A stretch of 62,069 nucleotides of DNA, counting the filler, from Deltaproteobacteria bacterium (lineage in GTDB: Bacteria > JACQOV01), in assembly GCA_016202395.1 (NCBI GenBank). It is 5 parts of 5 records of this genome, joined end to end, with 100 filler letters (N's around TTAATTAATTAA, not from the genome) between each part and the next. Parts side by side here need not be neighbours in the genome. Positions count along the whole stretch, not along the records: positions 16,742 to 34,716 come from JACQOV010000042.1; 4 more parts are not named here. One strand, written 5' to 3'. Under the pieces are notes generated by a model that searched no databases, had not been told where the DNA came from, and saw only the letters and a program-made list of their open reading frames with translations. This document shows positions 20,025-29,576 of this stretch, one piece after another. The translations under genes were made by a program, and so were the position numbers. The first letter of the stretch is position 1, and each line of letters begins with the position of its first letter.

Positions 20025-20031
20025 CATTCTC

Positions 20032-20155
20032 ACAAACGCAAGAAATGACGTTAGACAAGGCGCCCGACCGAGGCCGAGCGAGGCGTACTTTGTGGTGTAC
20101 GTCGAGCGAGCGCCGAGGGAGGGTAACGCAGTATAACGTCATTTATTGCGTTTGT
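20032..20155. repeat. 124-bp palindromic element, family A copy 2 (inverted orientation)
   Basis: ACAAACGCAAGAAATG...CATTTATTGCGTTTGT; reverse complement similar to 32741-32864. Confidence 0.9.
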
Positions 20156-20163
20156 ATCACGCC

Positions 20164-21249
20164 ATGAGTCTGCGCTGGGGCATCGTCGGCCTACCCAATG
20201 CCGGAAAATCAACGCTCTTTAATGCCTTATCCCATGCTCAGATTCCGGTGGGAAACTATCCTTTCACCACCATCGATCCCCATGTGGGGGTCGTCTCCGT
20301 TCCGGATCCTCGGTTAGATTTTTTGGTCTCAAAATTTTCTCCCGCAAAAGTGACCCCGGCTCTTCTTACCTTCGTGGATATCGCAGGATTGGTGCGTGGA
20401 GCGCATGAGGGGGAGGGGTTGGGGAATCAATTTCTCTCAGAGATTCGCGCGGTGGACGGGATCGTCATGGTTTTGCGCCTATTTCAAAATCCCGATGTCT
20501 CCCATGTGGAAGGGGAGGTGGATCCTGAAAGGGACAAAGCGGTTTTGGAATCGGAGCTGCTTCTGGCCGATTTGGGTTGGTTAGAGAAACAACTCGAGAA
20601 AACGAAGAAAATAGCCAAGAGTGGAGACAAAAAAAATTTGGAGCAACTGGAATTGGAAACCTCTCTCTACCATTGGATCGACTCAGGAAAGCCTGCCCGC
20701 GCTTGGAGAGGCCCTCAAGGGGAGATCTCGAATCAGGTTTATCCGGAGCTTTTGACCGCGAAAAAGATCCTCTATGCCTTGAACCTGGACGAGGAAACGA
20801 TCGGTCGGCCTTTAGCGGAAGGGGTTCAACGTTGGATTGAAAGGGAGAGGTATGTGGTCCCTCTTTGCGCCAAACTGGAGACCGAGCTTTCGCAGCTCTC
20901 TTCGGAGGAGCAGACCCTTTGGTTGCGGGAAACCGGAATGGAACGCTCTAGGCTTCAAGATTTGATTGTGATGGGATACCGTTTGGTGGGCGCAATCACC
21001 TTTTTTACGGCCGGTCCTAAAGAGGTTCGGGCTTGGACGATTTTAGAGGGGATGACAGCGGCTCAAGCGGGAGGAGTGATTCACACCGATTTCGAGAAAG
21101 GGTTTGTTAAAGCCGAGATCATGGCCTACAACGATTTTGTCAAGGCAGGATCCGAGCTGGAAGCGCGCCAAAGAGGTTGCATCCGTTTTGAAGGACGAGA
21201 GTACCGCGTTCGGGATGGAGATATTATCCACTTCCGCTTTACTTCGTAG
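20164..21249 (+). CDS. ychF: Obg-like ATPase YchF
   Basis: GIVGLPNAGKSTLFN, NYPFTTIDP, DIAGLV, TFFTAGPKEVRAW. Confidence 0.97.
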   Translation: MSLRWGIVGLPNAGKSTLFNALSHAQIPVGNYPFTTIDPHVGVVSVPDPRLDFLVSKFSPAKVTPALLTFVDIAGLVRGAHEGEGLGNQFLSEIRAVDGIVMVLRLFQNPDVSHVEGEVDPERDKAVLESELLLADLGWLEKQLEKTKKIAKSGDKKNLEQLELETSLYHWIDSGKPARAWRGPQGEISNQVYPELLTAKKILYALNLDEETIGRPLAEGVQRWIERERYVVPLCAKLETELSQLSSEEQTLWLRETGMERSRLQDLIVMGYRLVGAITFFTAGPKEVRAWTILEGMTAAQAGGVIHTDFEKGFVKAEIMAYNDFVKAGSELEARQRGCIRFEGREYRVRDGDIIHFRFTS

Positions 21250-21266
21250 CCTGGCGAGAAATGAAC

Positions 21267-21488
21267 TCAGGCGTTGGGGGCGTCGGAGGCGTCATTCAGA
21301 GAATCAAAGAACTCTCGAACGGCGTCCAGAAACGAGGGGAAGCCATCTCTCGGAACGATGATGAAGCTCCGTTTATCCCCGCATTTCTCCGTGATCTTCA
21401 CGTATTCTCCATTGGGGTTTTCTTTTAGATCAAAGAAGAAAACTTTGTTTTCAATATGAAAACGCTTGCTCATTAATTCATCGTCCAT
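21267..21488 (-). CDS. PUR-repeat (PurA/DUF3276-like) single-stranded nucleic acid-binding protein
   Basis: SKRFHIENKVFFFDLKENPNGEYVKITE...RSFIIVP...F pattern; ATG 21488 with GGGAGA RBS. Confidence 0.8.
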   Translation of the reverse strand: MDDELMSKRFHIENKVFFFDLKENPNGEYVKITEKCGDKRSFIIVPRDGFPSFLDAVREFFDSLNDASDAPNA

Positions 21489-21634
21489 CGATCGTCTCTC
21501 CCTTCTTGAAAATCTCCCTTCTTGAAAACAAAATCTCAAAAACTGTGCAGTTATCGAGCGTGGTATGGGTTCTAACATACTCCGGGTTTCAATGCAATCA
21601 TTTTTTGAGATTTAAACGGAAATTGCGCATTGTC

Positions 21635-21663
21635 TTGACATTCTTGGAGGCGATAGGTATCCT
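21635..21663 (+). promoter_or_regulatory. Sigma70-type promoter of the rpsF operon
   Basis: TTGACA-17 nt-TATCCT. Confidence 0.65.
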
Positions 21664-21678
21664 CCCGCCCATACTTAA

Positions 21679-21751
21679 GTTCCTTGCTCCTCAATAACTT
21701 TAAGATGAGGGGCTCTGCCCGCTCGAAAATGCGGGTAAGAACCGAAAGGAG
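21679..21751 (+). promoter_or_regulatory. Putative S6:S18 ribosomal leader RNA
   Basis: TCCTT can pair with the AAGGA RBS; inner stems GCTCCTCA/TGAGGGGC and CCCGC/GCGGG; CCG just before the RBS; upstream of rpsF. Confidence 0.55.
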
Positions 21752-21756
21752 AAACC

Positions 21757-22110
21757 ATGCGTCACTACGAGACAGTCTTTATCCTTCGTTCGCAAATCGC
21801 GGCGGAATCGCGTAAAACGCTTACCGATCGAGTCCAGAAAGCCATTGAATCCAGCGGTCAACTGATTCAGACCCAAGATTGGGGGGTCAAGAATCTTGCC
21901 TATCCCATTGAAAAACAAGGGAAAGGCATTTATTGCCATATCGAGTACCAAGGATCTTCCGAGGTGGTGGGACAGGTGGAACGGGTGCTGCGTTATGATG
22001 AGGGGGTTCTTCGCTACCTGACCGTCAAGGTCGAAAAAGAACAAGAGATATCCCAAAAGAACAAAGCCGCTGAGGTTCGTGAAGAAGGGAGCGCCGATGT
22101 CCAGATCTAA
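21757..22110 (+). CDS. rpsF: 30S ribosomal protein S6
   Basis: MRHYETVFI, WG.KNLAYPI.K, VLRYLTVK. Confidence 0.96.
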   Translation: MRHYETVFILRSQIAAESRKTLTDRVQKAIESSGQLIQTQDWGVKNLAYPIEKQGKGIYCHIEYQGSSEVVGQVERVLRYDEGVLRYLTVKVEKEQEISQKNKAAEVREEGSADVQI

Positions 22111-22306
22111 GAGATGTCGATTTTGCGCCAATCCTGTGATGAGGCTCGATTATAAAGAGCCCAAGATTCTTCAGATGTTCGTTACGGATAAAGGGAAAAT
22201 CGTTCCTCGTCGGATGAGTGGCATTTGCGCAAAACATCAGAGGTTTTTAAATACAGAGGTTCGGCGGGCTCGGATTCTAGCGTTGCTTCCGTTTGCGGCA
22301 TCGTAA
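22097..22306 (+). CDS. rpsR: 30S ribosomal protein S18 (Cys-containing form)
   Basis: CRFC...DYK...GKIVPRR.SG.CAKHQR...RARILALLP. Confidence 0.96.
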   Translation: MSRSKRCRFCANPVMRLDYKEPKILQMFVTDKGKIVPRRMSGICAKHQRFLNTEVRRARILALLPFAAS

Positions 22307-22326
22307 AAAATTGAAAGGGATGTCTA

Positions 22327-22803
22327 ATGGATGTTATTCTTCTTAAAGAGGTTTCAAATTTAGGGGAGGCAGGGGCCGTCGTTAAAGTGAAGGACGGCTA
22401 CGGCCGCAACTATCTCATTCCGAGAGGGCTTGCTCTTCAGGCTACGGCTGCCAATAAAAAAGCCTTTGAGCATGAGAAAAAAAAGTTGATGCGGGGTTTG
22501 GAATTGGAGAAGAAGGGGGCCTTCGAGCTGGGCAAAAGATTGGAGAGTCTCGCGTTGACTCTCGAAGCGGCTGTTGGAGAACAGGACAAGATGTATGGAT
22601 CGATTACAGCGCATCACATCCAAGAGGCGCTTCAAGCCCAAGGGATTGAATTGGATCGCCGGCGTGTTTTGTTGGAGGAGCCGATTCGCGCTCTGGGAGA
22701 ACATGCTGTTTCTGTGAAGTTGCATCCGGAGGTGGTTGTCTCGGTTAAGGTTTCTATTGTTCCAAAACGTCGTCCCCGCGAAAGCGGGGATCCAGTCTTA
22801 TAA
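22327..22803 (+). CDS. rplI: 50S ribosomal protein L9
   Basis: VKVKDGYGRNYLIP, MYGSIT, VKLHPEV; last residues come from a repeat. Confidence 0.96.
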   Translation: MDVILLKEVSNLGEAGAVVKVKDGYGRNYLIPRGLALQATAANKKAFEHEKKKLMRGLELEKKGAFELGKRLESLALTLEAAVGEQDKMYGSITAHHIQEALQAQGIELDRRRVLLEEPIRALGEHAVSVKLHPEVVVSVKVSIVPKRRPRESGDPVL

Positions 22804-22836
22804 ATGCTTCTGGATTCCCGCTTCCGCGGGAATGAC
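22769..22836. repeat. Inverted pair of REP-like hairpins (family C)
   Basis: GTCGTCCCCGCGAAAGCGGGGATCCAG ... CTGGATTCCCGCTTCCGCGGGAATGAC. Confidence 0.85.
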
Positions 22837-22856
22837 GAAAAAAGTTTGAGTTCATC

Positions 22857-24242
22857 ATGAATCTAATTCCATCCTCTCAAAACGCCCCAGACTTCGAACG
22901 CAACCTCCTCCGTCGCGTTCCTCCCCACAATCTGGAGATCGAGCAAGCCCTTCTTGGCGCCATCCTTGTCGATAATTCTTCGTTCAATCGGGCTCTTGAA
23001 ATCCTTTCCTCCGATGGAGGCGATTTTTACAAAGAGGCTCATCGCAAAATCTTTCTCGTTGCCCTGGAATTATCTGAAAAGAATGAGCCGATCGATGCCA
23101 TTACCTTGGCGGAGAGGTTGCGGACTCGCAATCAGCTCGAAGAGGTGGGGGGGGTCTCTTACGTCGCCCTTCTTACGGATAATGCCGCTCCTGCAGCCAG
23201 TGTTCCCAGCTATGCCAAAATCGTCAAAGAGAAAGCAACGGTTCGCCAACTCATCCATGTCTCTTTAGAAATCATGACGGAGGGCTATGGTTCCATCACC
23301 GATGTGGAAGAATTTCTCGATAGAGTCGAGCAGAAGATTTTTGAGATCTCTCAAGACAAGATCCGGCCCTCTTTCTTCCCGATTCGCCAGATCGTCAAGG
23401 ACAGCTTTCGCACCATCGAGCGGCTCTATGAGAAGAAAGAACTCGTCACGGGTGTCCCCACCGGGTTCACCGATTTTGATTCCTTGACTGCGGGGTTGCA
23501 GGCCTCCGATCTTGTGATTGTGGCAGGTCGTCCTAGTATGGGGAAGACGAGTCTTTGTCTTAATATCGCGGAATATGCGGCCATTGAAGCGAAGATTCCG
23601 GTGGTGGTTTTCTCTTTAGAGATGTCCAAGGAGCAGCTTGCGTTAAGGATGCTTTGCTCCCAGGCGCGGGTCGATGGATCCCGACTGCGGCGTGGATTTC
23701 TCGGAGAAAAAGATTGGCCTAAACTCACGCGTGCTGCAGGAGTTTTGTCTGACGCCCCGATCTTTATTGATGACACTGCGGCCATCTCTACCCTGGAACT
23801 GAGGGCCAAATCGCGCCGTTTGAAATCCGAGAAAAATATCGGTCTTGTGATTGTGGACTATCTCCAACTGATGCGAGGCTCCAAATCGGTTGATAATCGA
23901 GAACAAGAGATCTCCGAGATCTCTCGCACTTTGAAAGCCTTGGCTAAAGAGCTCCGTATCCCTGTGGTGGCGTTGTCTCAGCTCAACCGTGGAGTGGAGC
24001 AACGAGTGAGCCGCCGTCCCCAACTTTCTGATCTTCGAGAGTCGGGAGCCATTGAACAGGACGCCGACGTCATCGCTTTTATCTATCGGGACGAGGTTTA
24101 CAAGCAAACGGAAGAAAATAAAGGGGTCGCAGAGGTGATTGTTGGAAAACAACGCAACGGCCCCACCGGAATTGTAAAACTCGCCTTTTTTAGTGAATAT
24201 TCCTGCTTTGAAAACCTAGCCCCGCAAGGCTACCCATCCTGA
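22857..24242 (+). CDS. dnaB: Replicative DNA helicase
   Basis: GRPSMGKT, SLEMS, IVDYLQLM, LSQLNR, DLRESGAIEQDAD, KQRNGPTG; no intein. Confidence 0.98.
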   Translation: MNLIPSSQNAPDFERNLLRRVPPHNLEIEQALLGAILVDNSSFNRALEILSSDGGDFYKEAHRKIFLVALELSEKNEPIDAITLAERLRTRNQLEEVGGVSYVALLTDNAAPAASVPSYAKIVKEKATVRQLIHVSLEIMTEGYGSITDVEEFLDRVEQKIFEISQDKIRPSFFPIRQIVKDSFRTIERLYEKKELVTGVPTGFTDFDSLTAGLQASDLVIVAGRPSMGKTSLCLNIAEYAAIEAKIPVVVFSLEMSKEQLALRMLCSQARVDGSRLRRGFLGEKDWPKLTRAAGVLSDAPIFIDDTAAISTLELRAKSRRLKSEKNIGLVIVDYLQLMRGSKSVDNREQEISEISRTLKALAKELRIPVVALSQLNRGVEQRVSRRPQLSDLRESGAIEQDADVIAFIYRDEVYKQTEENKGVAEVIVGKQRNGPTGIVKLAFFSEYSCFENLAPQGYPS

Positions 24243-26851
24243 GCAAAGAAGAATAGCTGTTCCGCAAAAGGGGCTTCTTGGTTCACGGGAGCTGTGGAAT
24301 CCCCGATATCTACAATCGTTCCTGTGCTCAGAACAAAAAAGATGTGTTCATCGGCGTAAACGGGATCGGTTGCCTTCCCTTGTCCCGCGCTCACGGCTCC
24401 CATGCCTTGGGCGCCACAGGCGGCATCACTGCAGGTTTCGAATTGAACACATCGCAGAAAGGATTGCCCTGGCGAACAGGCATTTCCACCGGGATCGGGC
24501 AAGAAGGTGGTAAAGAACAAGGTTCCGTTCTCTGCGATCCCTGTGGTGATCACTCTCTCTCCTGTCGTGAGGTTGATTTGACAGACCTTAAAAGCGGCTT
24601 GACATGCGCTTGCGAGGTCCTCATCTCGCAGGACCACCAGCTCTTGTTGAGAGCCTTGGTTTTGAGAGGTGTCCAGGCCACTGCCGACCATAACGTAAAG
24701 GGCGTCGGTGGCCGTGTCTTCTTCGATGATCGCGGAGGAGACGATCGGTTTGCTGGAGCCGAAGGTGTAGAATCGGCACATCGCCCATTGAAGGGGATCG
24801 GAGGCGGAGAGGCTCAGCTTGTGAAGGCGGCCGCCCATATCCCCGACGTATCCGATATCGATCCGCTTGTCGATCTCCGGATTGAGGTTCACTAGAACCG
24901 GATCGGCCACGATCGTAGTTCCAGATTCCGAAAAAGAGAGGATCTCCGCTCCGGTTCTAAGATCGACAATGAATAAGGTGCCATTGGCGCTTACGGGGGT
25001 GTCTCCGGAACCGAATACCGCAATCCATTGTTCCGCGCCGCTGTAATGAACCCTTCCAATCGCGGGAACGGACCAGGTTTTTCCAAGACGAAGCGTGTCA
25101 CTGAACTCCCACAAGAGTCGAGGGGTGAAAGGATCGCTAATGTCCAGCGCGGTGTACGCCTTTCCTCCCCATCCTTGCCCAATCACCAAGACGGTGCTCC
25201 AACCGGTCGTGCTGAAACTCAGGTTGAGCTTGGCGTCATCCACCTTCGGAGAGAGATCAACATAGAAGGTGTGACTGGAAACCTGTTGGTAGAGCTGGTT
25301 TAGAAGGCTGGGAGGGACGAATCCCCACAACTCTCCTCCGGTCAAGGCATCCAAGGCATGGAGCATCCCATCGTTAGCCCCCACGTAGATCACCTTGGGT
25401 CGTTCGACATATTGGGCCTTGAAATTTCTATAACTATCGTCATCAAAGGTATAGGTAGGAGGGCCCACTAAAGCAGGGGTTGAATGGTAGATATCTCCCA
25501 ATTTCCATAAGCGGTCCTCGGCGGTATTCCCATCCCCATCGTCGTCATAGGCATCGACTCCTTGGAGATATCGAATAAACCGTTTCGTCTCCGTGAAGTT
25601 CGGATCATCGACGATGTTCAGATAAGGGTTGAGCGTTGCCGCATGAGCCTCCACGAAATCCAGGCGGCCCCCGTTAATCCAGGTGAAGAGCTGCCGTTCC
25701 GAGGAAGGTTTTGCGGCTAACTGTTCCCCCGCATCCCATCTCAGAAGAAGGGGGTCGTTACGGAGGAAAATCCCAGAGCCCGGGGAGCTTTCGCTAAAGA
25801 CCTCATAGGCCTTGAGCGACCCATTCCAATCAGGAAGCGAGAAACCGGTCACTAAAAGGGCGTTACTGGCAACCCGATTTTCTAGTGAAGGATCAAAGGG
25901 GATCGTGGTTATCGTTGGAGCGCTGGCGGTGAACTCTCCAGCGGTGATCTCACTTAAGGCCTGTGTTAAAACCTGCTCCAATTCGACTACATCGTTAGCG
26001 AACAGGGGTTCTCCAGTTCCCCCTTGTTGGGCAACGCAGTTGAGGTTGGATCGAAGGCTCTGCGGGATCGCAAGCCCCACGACATAGGTTTTGATGTCGT
26101 AGGTTTCGCCCTGAACCCGGACGTTTCGGAGCCTTTTGGCGGCGTTACAGGCATTTCCTCCGCAGGTCTCTAAGCCATCGGTCACAAGGATCACGTAGTT
26201 TTGACGACAAGCCCTCGAAGGGTCGCTGGGGATCACCGTTGCCTGGAAATAGTTCAAAGCTTTCGTTAGGGAGCGGGCCAGAGGGGTCGCTCCATCTCCG
26301 CGAAGCTCTTTGTCGGTGGGATAGGCCTCGATCCCATCCATCCAACCGAGTATCGAAGCGGAGGTGTTGTCGCCGATGTTTACGAGGAGATCGGAATCGC
26401 GGTTGCAATTGAGATCGGAGCCGCTATCACCGTTGTAATGAAGGTTCGCTTGGTACCAATAGCCATAGAGCGATTTTGTGGAGCTCTCCCCCTGGTGGTA
26501 TCGCATGAGGCCGTAACGTGCGTTTGGGATCGAGACCAGAACCGAGGAGATCGCTTGTTTAGCGATATACATTCGGTTCCCTGTAGTATTAAGCCCGGGG
26601 TAGTCGGCGCTGCCATCCCCACCGGTGGCGCATCCCCCGGAATCGCCGCTCGTCCAGCATCCGGAGCCTGAAGCGCGACCCGTGGTGTCAAAGGTCATGC
26701 TTCCCGAGGTATCAAAGATAATCAGAACGTTAGGGATTGCTGCAGAAGTGCCGACGTCATACAGGTAGTTGGCCCACGTCAATGAGGTGGTTAAACAAAA
26801 CAGAGAAATGAGGGGAACGATCTCCCATCCCCATTTTTTATTTCCTCCCAT
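24230..26851 (-). CDS. pilY1: PilY1/PilC-type pilus tip protein with vWA domain, copy 3
   Basis: Signal peptide; IIFDTSGSM MIDAS; WKLGDIYHSTP, YVGANDGMLHA, GELWGFVPP, LLWEF, GKTWSVP. Confidence 0.85.
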   Translation of the reverse strand: MGGNKKWGWEIVPLISLFCLTTSLTWANYLYDVGTSAAIPNVLIIFDTSGSMTFDTTGRASGSGCWTSGDSGGCATGGDGSADYPGLNTTGNRMYIAKQAISSVLVSIPNARYGLMRYHQGESSTKSLYGYWYQANLHYNGDSGSDLNCNRDSDLLVNIGDNTSASILGWMDGIEAYPTDKELRGDGATPLARSLTKALNYFQATVIPSDPSRACRQNYVILVTDGLETCGGNACNAAKRLRNVRVQGETYDIKTYVVGLAIPQSLRSNLNCVAQQGGTGEPLFANDVVELEQVLTQALSEITAGEFTASAPTITTIPFDPSLENRVASNALLVTGFSLPDWNGSLKAYEVFSESSPGSGIFLRNDPLLLRWDAGEQLAAKPSSERQLFTWINGGRLDFVEAHAATLNPYLNIVDDPNFTETKRFIRYLQGVDAYDDDGDGNTAEDRLWKLGDIYHSTPALVGPPTYTFDDDSYRNFKAQYVERPKVIYVGANDGMLHALDALTGGELWGFVPPSLLNQLYQQVSSHTFYVDLSPKVDDAKLNLSFSTTGWSTVLVIGQGWGGKAYTALDISDPFTPRLLWEFSDTLRLGKTWSVPAIGRVHYSGAEQWIAVFGSGDTPVSANGTLFIVDLRTGAEILSFSESGTTIVADPVLVNLNPEIDKRIDIGYVGDMGGRLHKLSLSASDPLQWAMCRFYTFGSSKPIVSSAIIEEDTATDALYVMVGSGLDTSQNQGSQQELVVLRDEDLASACQAAFKVCQINLTTGERVITTGIAENGTLFFTTFLPDPGGNACSPGQSFLRCVQFETCSDAACGAQGMGAVSAGQGKATDPVYADEHIFFVLSTGTIVDIGDSTAPVNQEAPFAEQLFFFAQDG

Positions 26852-26894
26852 GACCCTTTCCCTCCCGCGTTTTCTAACTCATTTTGAGACCTCC

Positions 26895-29564
26895 TTATTC
26901 AAAAGCAAAGAAAAATTGGCGCTCAATAAACGGAGCGGCTTGGTTTACCTCCTCGGTAGCATCCCCTATGTGGACCAGCTCCCCTGTGCTCTTCAGGGCA
27001 TAAAGCTGGCCATCCACCACCACGAGATCGGTGACCTTGCCCGGGCCTAAATCGATGATGCTGGTTCCTGTAGAAGTTAGACCACTCGTCAGATTAGGAT
27101 CGATTACGATCGCTTCTCCCGTGTTACAGTCTACATCGCTGCAATCCTGGTAGTTCATGCATCGGAGAAAAGAGTTTCCATTGGAAGAACAGCTACTGCC
27201 ACTCCCGCTAGTTGGCAGGAAGGTGGTGAAGAACAGAACTCCGTCGTTGATCGTTCCGGTGCTGAATACCCTTTCGCCACGGGTTAAATTAATTTGGCAG
27301 TTCCTTTGAGAGTTGTCGCAGGCGGTAGCAAGATCATCGTTTCGTAGCACTGCAAACTCTTGCTGGGAGCCTTGATTCTCTACGGTGTCCAGCCCCGTTC
27401 CGATCATGACATAGAGATCTGAGGTGGCCTCGTCCTCTAGAAGAACCGGTGAGGAAACGATCGGTTTGCTCGAACCGGCGGTGTAAAAACGGCAGGCCCT
27501 CCATTGAGACCGATCGGCCGATGTAAAATCGAGTTCATGAAGACGGCCGGTCGTGTCTCCGAGGTATCCGATATCGATCCGCAGATCGACGTCGGGATTG
27601 AGATTCACTAGCACCGGGTCGGCCACCACCGAGGTAGCCCCCAGCGAGAAGGAGGCTAGTTCGGCCCCTGTTTTAAGGTCGACCACGAAAATTGTCCCGT
27701 TTAAACTTAGAGGTTCGCTGCCCGATCCGAAGACAGCCACCCATTGCTCCGTGCTGTTGTAGTAAACCCTTCCAATCGCGGGAACGGACCAGGTTTTCCC
27801 TAATCGGAGGAGATCGCTAAACTCCCAGAGGTAACGGGGATTGGAGGGGTCGGTGACATCCAACGCGGTGTACGCCTTTCCTCCCCATCCCTGACCGACC
27901 ACCAAGACGGTGCTCCAACCGGTCGTGCTGGAACTCAAGTTGAGCTTAGCGTCATCGACTTTTGGAGAGAGATCGACATAAAAGTTATGTTCTGAGATTT
28001 GATCGTCAAGCTTGTTCAAGAGGCTGGGAGGGACAAACCCCCAGAGTTCTCCACCGGTCAATGCATCGAAGGCATGGAGCATTCCATCATTGGCCCCCAC
28101 GTAAATCACCGAAGTTCGGTTGATGTGCTGGAGTTTAAAGTCAGAGTAGGTGGTATCCTCAAAGCTGTGAGGTGGGGTTCCAACCATGGCAGGGGAGGAA
28201 TGGTAGATATCGCCGAGTTTCGAGGCTCTTTCTTCAGTGGCGTTGCCATCGTTATCCTCATCATAGGCATCGATCCCTCGGAGATAACGAATGAAACGCT
28301 TCGTTTTTGTGAATTGGCGATCATCGCTGATGCCAAGATACGGGTTTAAGGTGGCTGCGTTGGATTCGGTAAAATCGACACGAGCTCCGCCGGCCCAGGT
28401 AAAGATCTGTCGCTCTGAGGAAGGTTTTGTTGCCAAAAGAGCTCCCGCATCCCATTTTAAGAGAGGTGGATCGTTTCGAACGAAGATCTCGGAGGCGGGG
28501 GGATACTCTCGAAAGAGCTCATAGGCTTTAAAGCTTCCACTCCATGCAGGGAGCGAAATTCCGGTGGTGAGTAAGGCGTTATCGGCAATTCGGTTCTCTA
28601 GAGAGGGATCGAACGGGATCGTCGTTACAATCGGGCTAGCCGCACTGTAATCCCCTTCGATGATCTCGTTCAAGGCCTCCGACAGAGCTTCTTGGAGTTC
28701 GGTGACGTTATTGGCGAACAGAGGGGCCTGCGTTCCACCATTCTGCGCGATACAATTGAGATTGCCTCGAAGCGACTCCGGAATGGCGAGTCCAACGACA
28801 TAGGTTTTAATGTCATAGGTTTCGCTCCCGATCCTTACACTTCTCAGGTTGCTCGCCTCTCGACAAGGATCCCCCCCGCAGGTTTCTAAACCATCGGTCA
28901 CTAAGATCACATAGTTTTTCCGGCAACTGGCCGAGGTGTCATTAGGAATGACCGTTTGTTCAAAGTAGGTCTTGGCGCTGCGCAGCGAACGGCCGATCGG
29001 GGTTCCACCATCCCCACGAAGCTCCTTGTTGGTGGGATAGGCTTCGACCCCGTCCATCCAGGTGAGGATGGAGGTGGAGGTGTTTTCTCCAATCCCCACC
29101 AGAACCTGAGAATCGTGATTGCAGTTGAGGTCGCTAGCTCTGGGTTGATTATCGCCGCTATAGTAGAGCGGCTTTCGATACCAATACCCTTGGAGATTGG
29201 CTCGAGAACTTTCCCGTTGATAGTAACGCATCAGTCCGTATCGGATCGTGGAATTAGTTGTAAGAACTGAGGAGATGGCCTGTTTTGCAATGAACATTCG
29301 GTTGCCGGTGGGGTTGAGCCCAGGGTAGTTTGCGCTTCCGTCCCCTCCGGTTGCGCATCCGGCCTCATCTCCACGGGTCCAGCATCCCGAGTTTCTTCCA
29401 CGGCCGGTGATGCTGCTGGTGTCGAAGGTCATGCTTCCGGAGGTGTCGAAGATAATGAGGACGTTGGGAGTTGTTGCTGTGGCGCCGACATCGTAAAGAT
29501 AGTTTGAGTGAGCTATGGATGTCACCAACAAAAAAGTAAAGGCAAATTTTAGAAAATTCCTCAT
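26895..29564 (-). CDS. pilY1: PilY1/PilC-type pilus tip protein with vWA domain, copy 2
   Basis: Same motifs (IIFDTSGSM, KLGDIYHSSP, YVGANDGMLHAFD); AGGAG RBS. Confidence 0.85.
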   Translation of the reverse strand: MRNFLKFAFTFLLVTSIAHSNYLYDVGATATTPNVLIIFDTSGSMTFDTSSITGRGRNSGCWTRGDEAGCATGGDGSANYPGLNPTGNRMFIAKQAISSVLTTNSTIRYGLMRYYQRESSRANLQGYWYRKPLYYSGDNQPRASDLNCNHDSQVLVGIGENTSTSILTWMDGVEAYPTNKELRGDGGTPIGRSLRSAKTYFEQTVIPNDTSASCRKNYVILVTDGLETCGGDPCREASNLRSVRIGSETYDIKTYVVGLAIPESLRGNLNCIAQNGGTQAPLFANNVTELQEALSEALNEIIEGDYSAASPIVTTIPFDPSLENRIADNALLTTGISLPAWSGSFKAYELFREYPPASEIFVRNDPPLLKWDAGALLATKPSSERQIFTWAGGARVDFTESNAATLNPYLGISDDRQFTKTKRFIRYLRGIDAYDEDNDGNATEERASKLGDIYHSSPAMVGTPPHSFEDTTYSDFKLQHINRTSVIYVGANDGMLHAFDALTGGELWGFVPPSLLNKLDDQISEHNFYVDLSPKVDDAKLNLSSSTTGWSTVLVVGQGWGGKAYTALDVTDPSNPRYLWEFSDLLRLGKTWSVPAIGRVYYNSTEQWVAVFGSGSEPLSLNGTIFVVDLKTGAELASFSLGATSVVADPVLVNLNPDVDLRIDIGYLGDTTGRLHELDFTSADRSQWRACRFYTAGSSKPIVSSPVLLEDEATSDLYVMIGTGLDTVENQGSQQEFAVLRNDDLATACDNSQRNCQINLTRGERVFSTGTINDGVLFFTTFLPTSGSGSSCSSNGNSFLRCMNYQDCSDVDCNTGEAIVIDPNLTSGLTSTGTSIIDLGPGKVTDLVVVDGQLYALKSTGELVHIGDATEEVNQAAPFIERQFFFAFE

Positions 29565-29576
29565 AGGCCATTCTCC

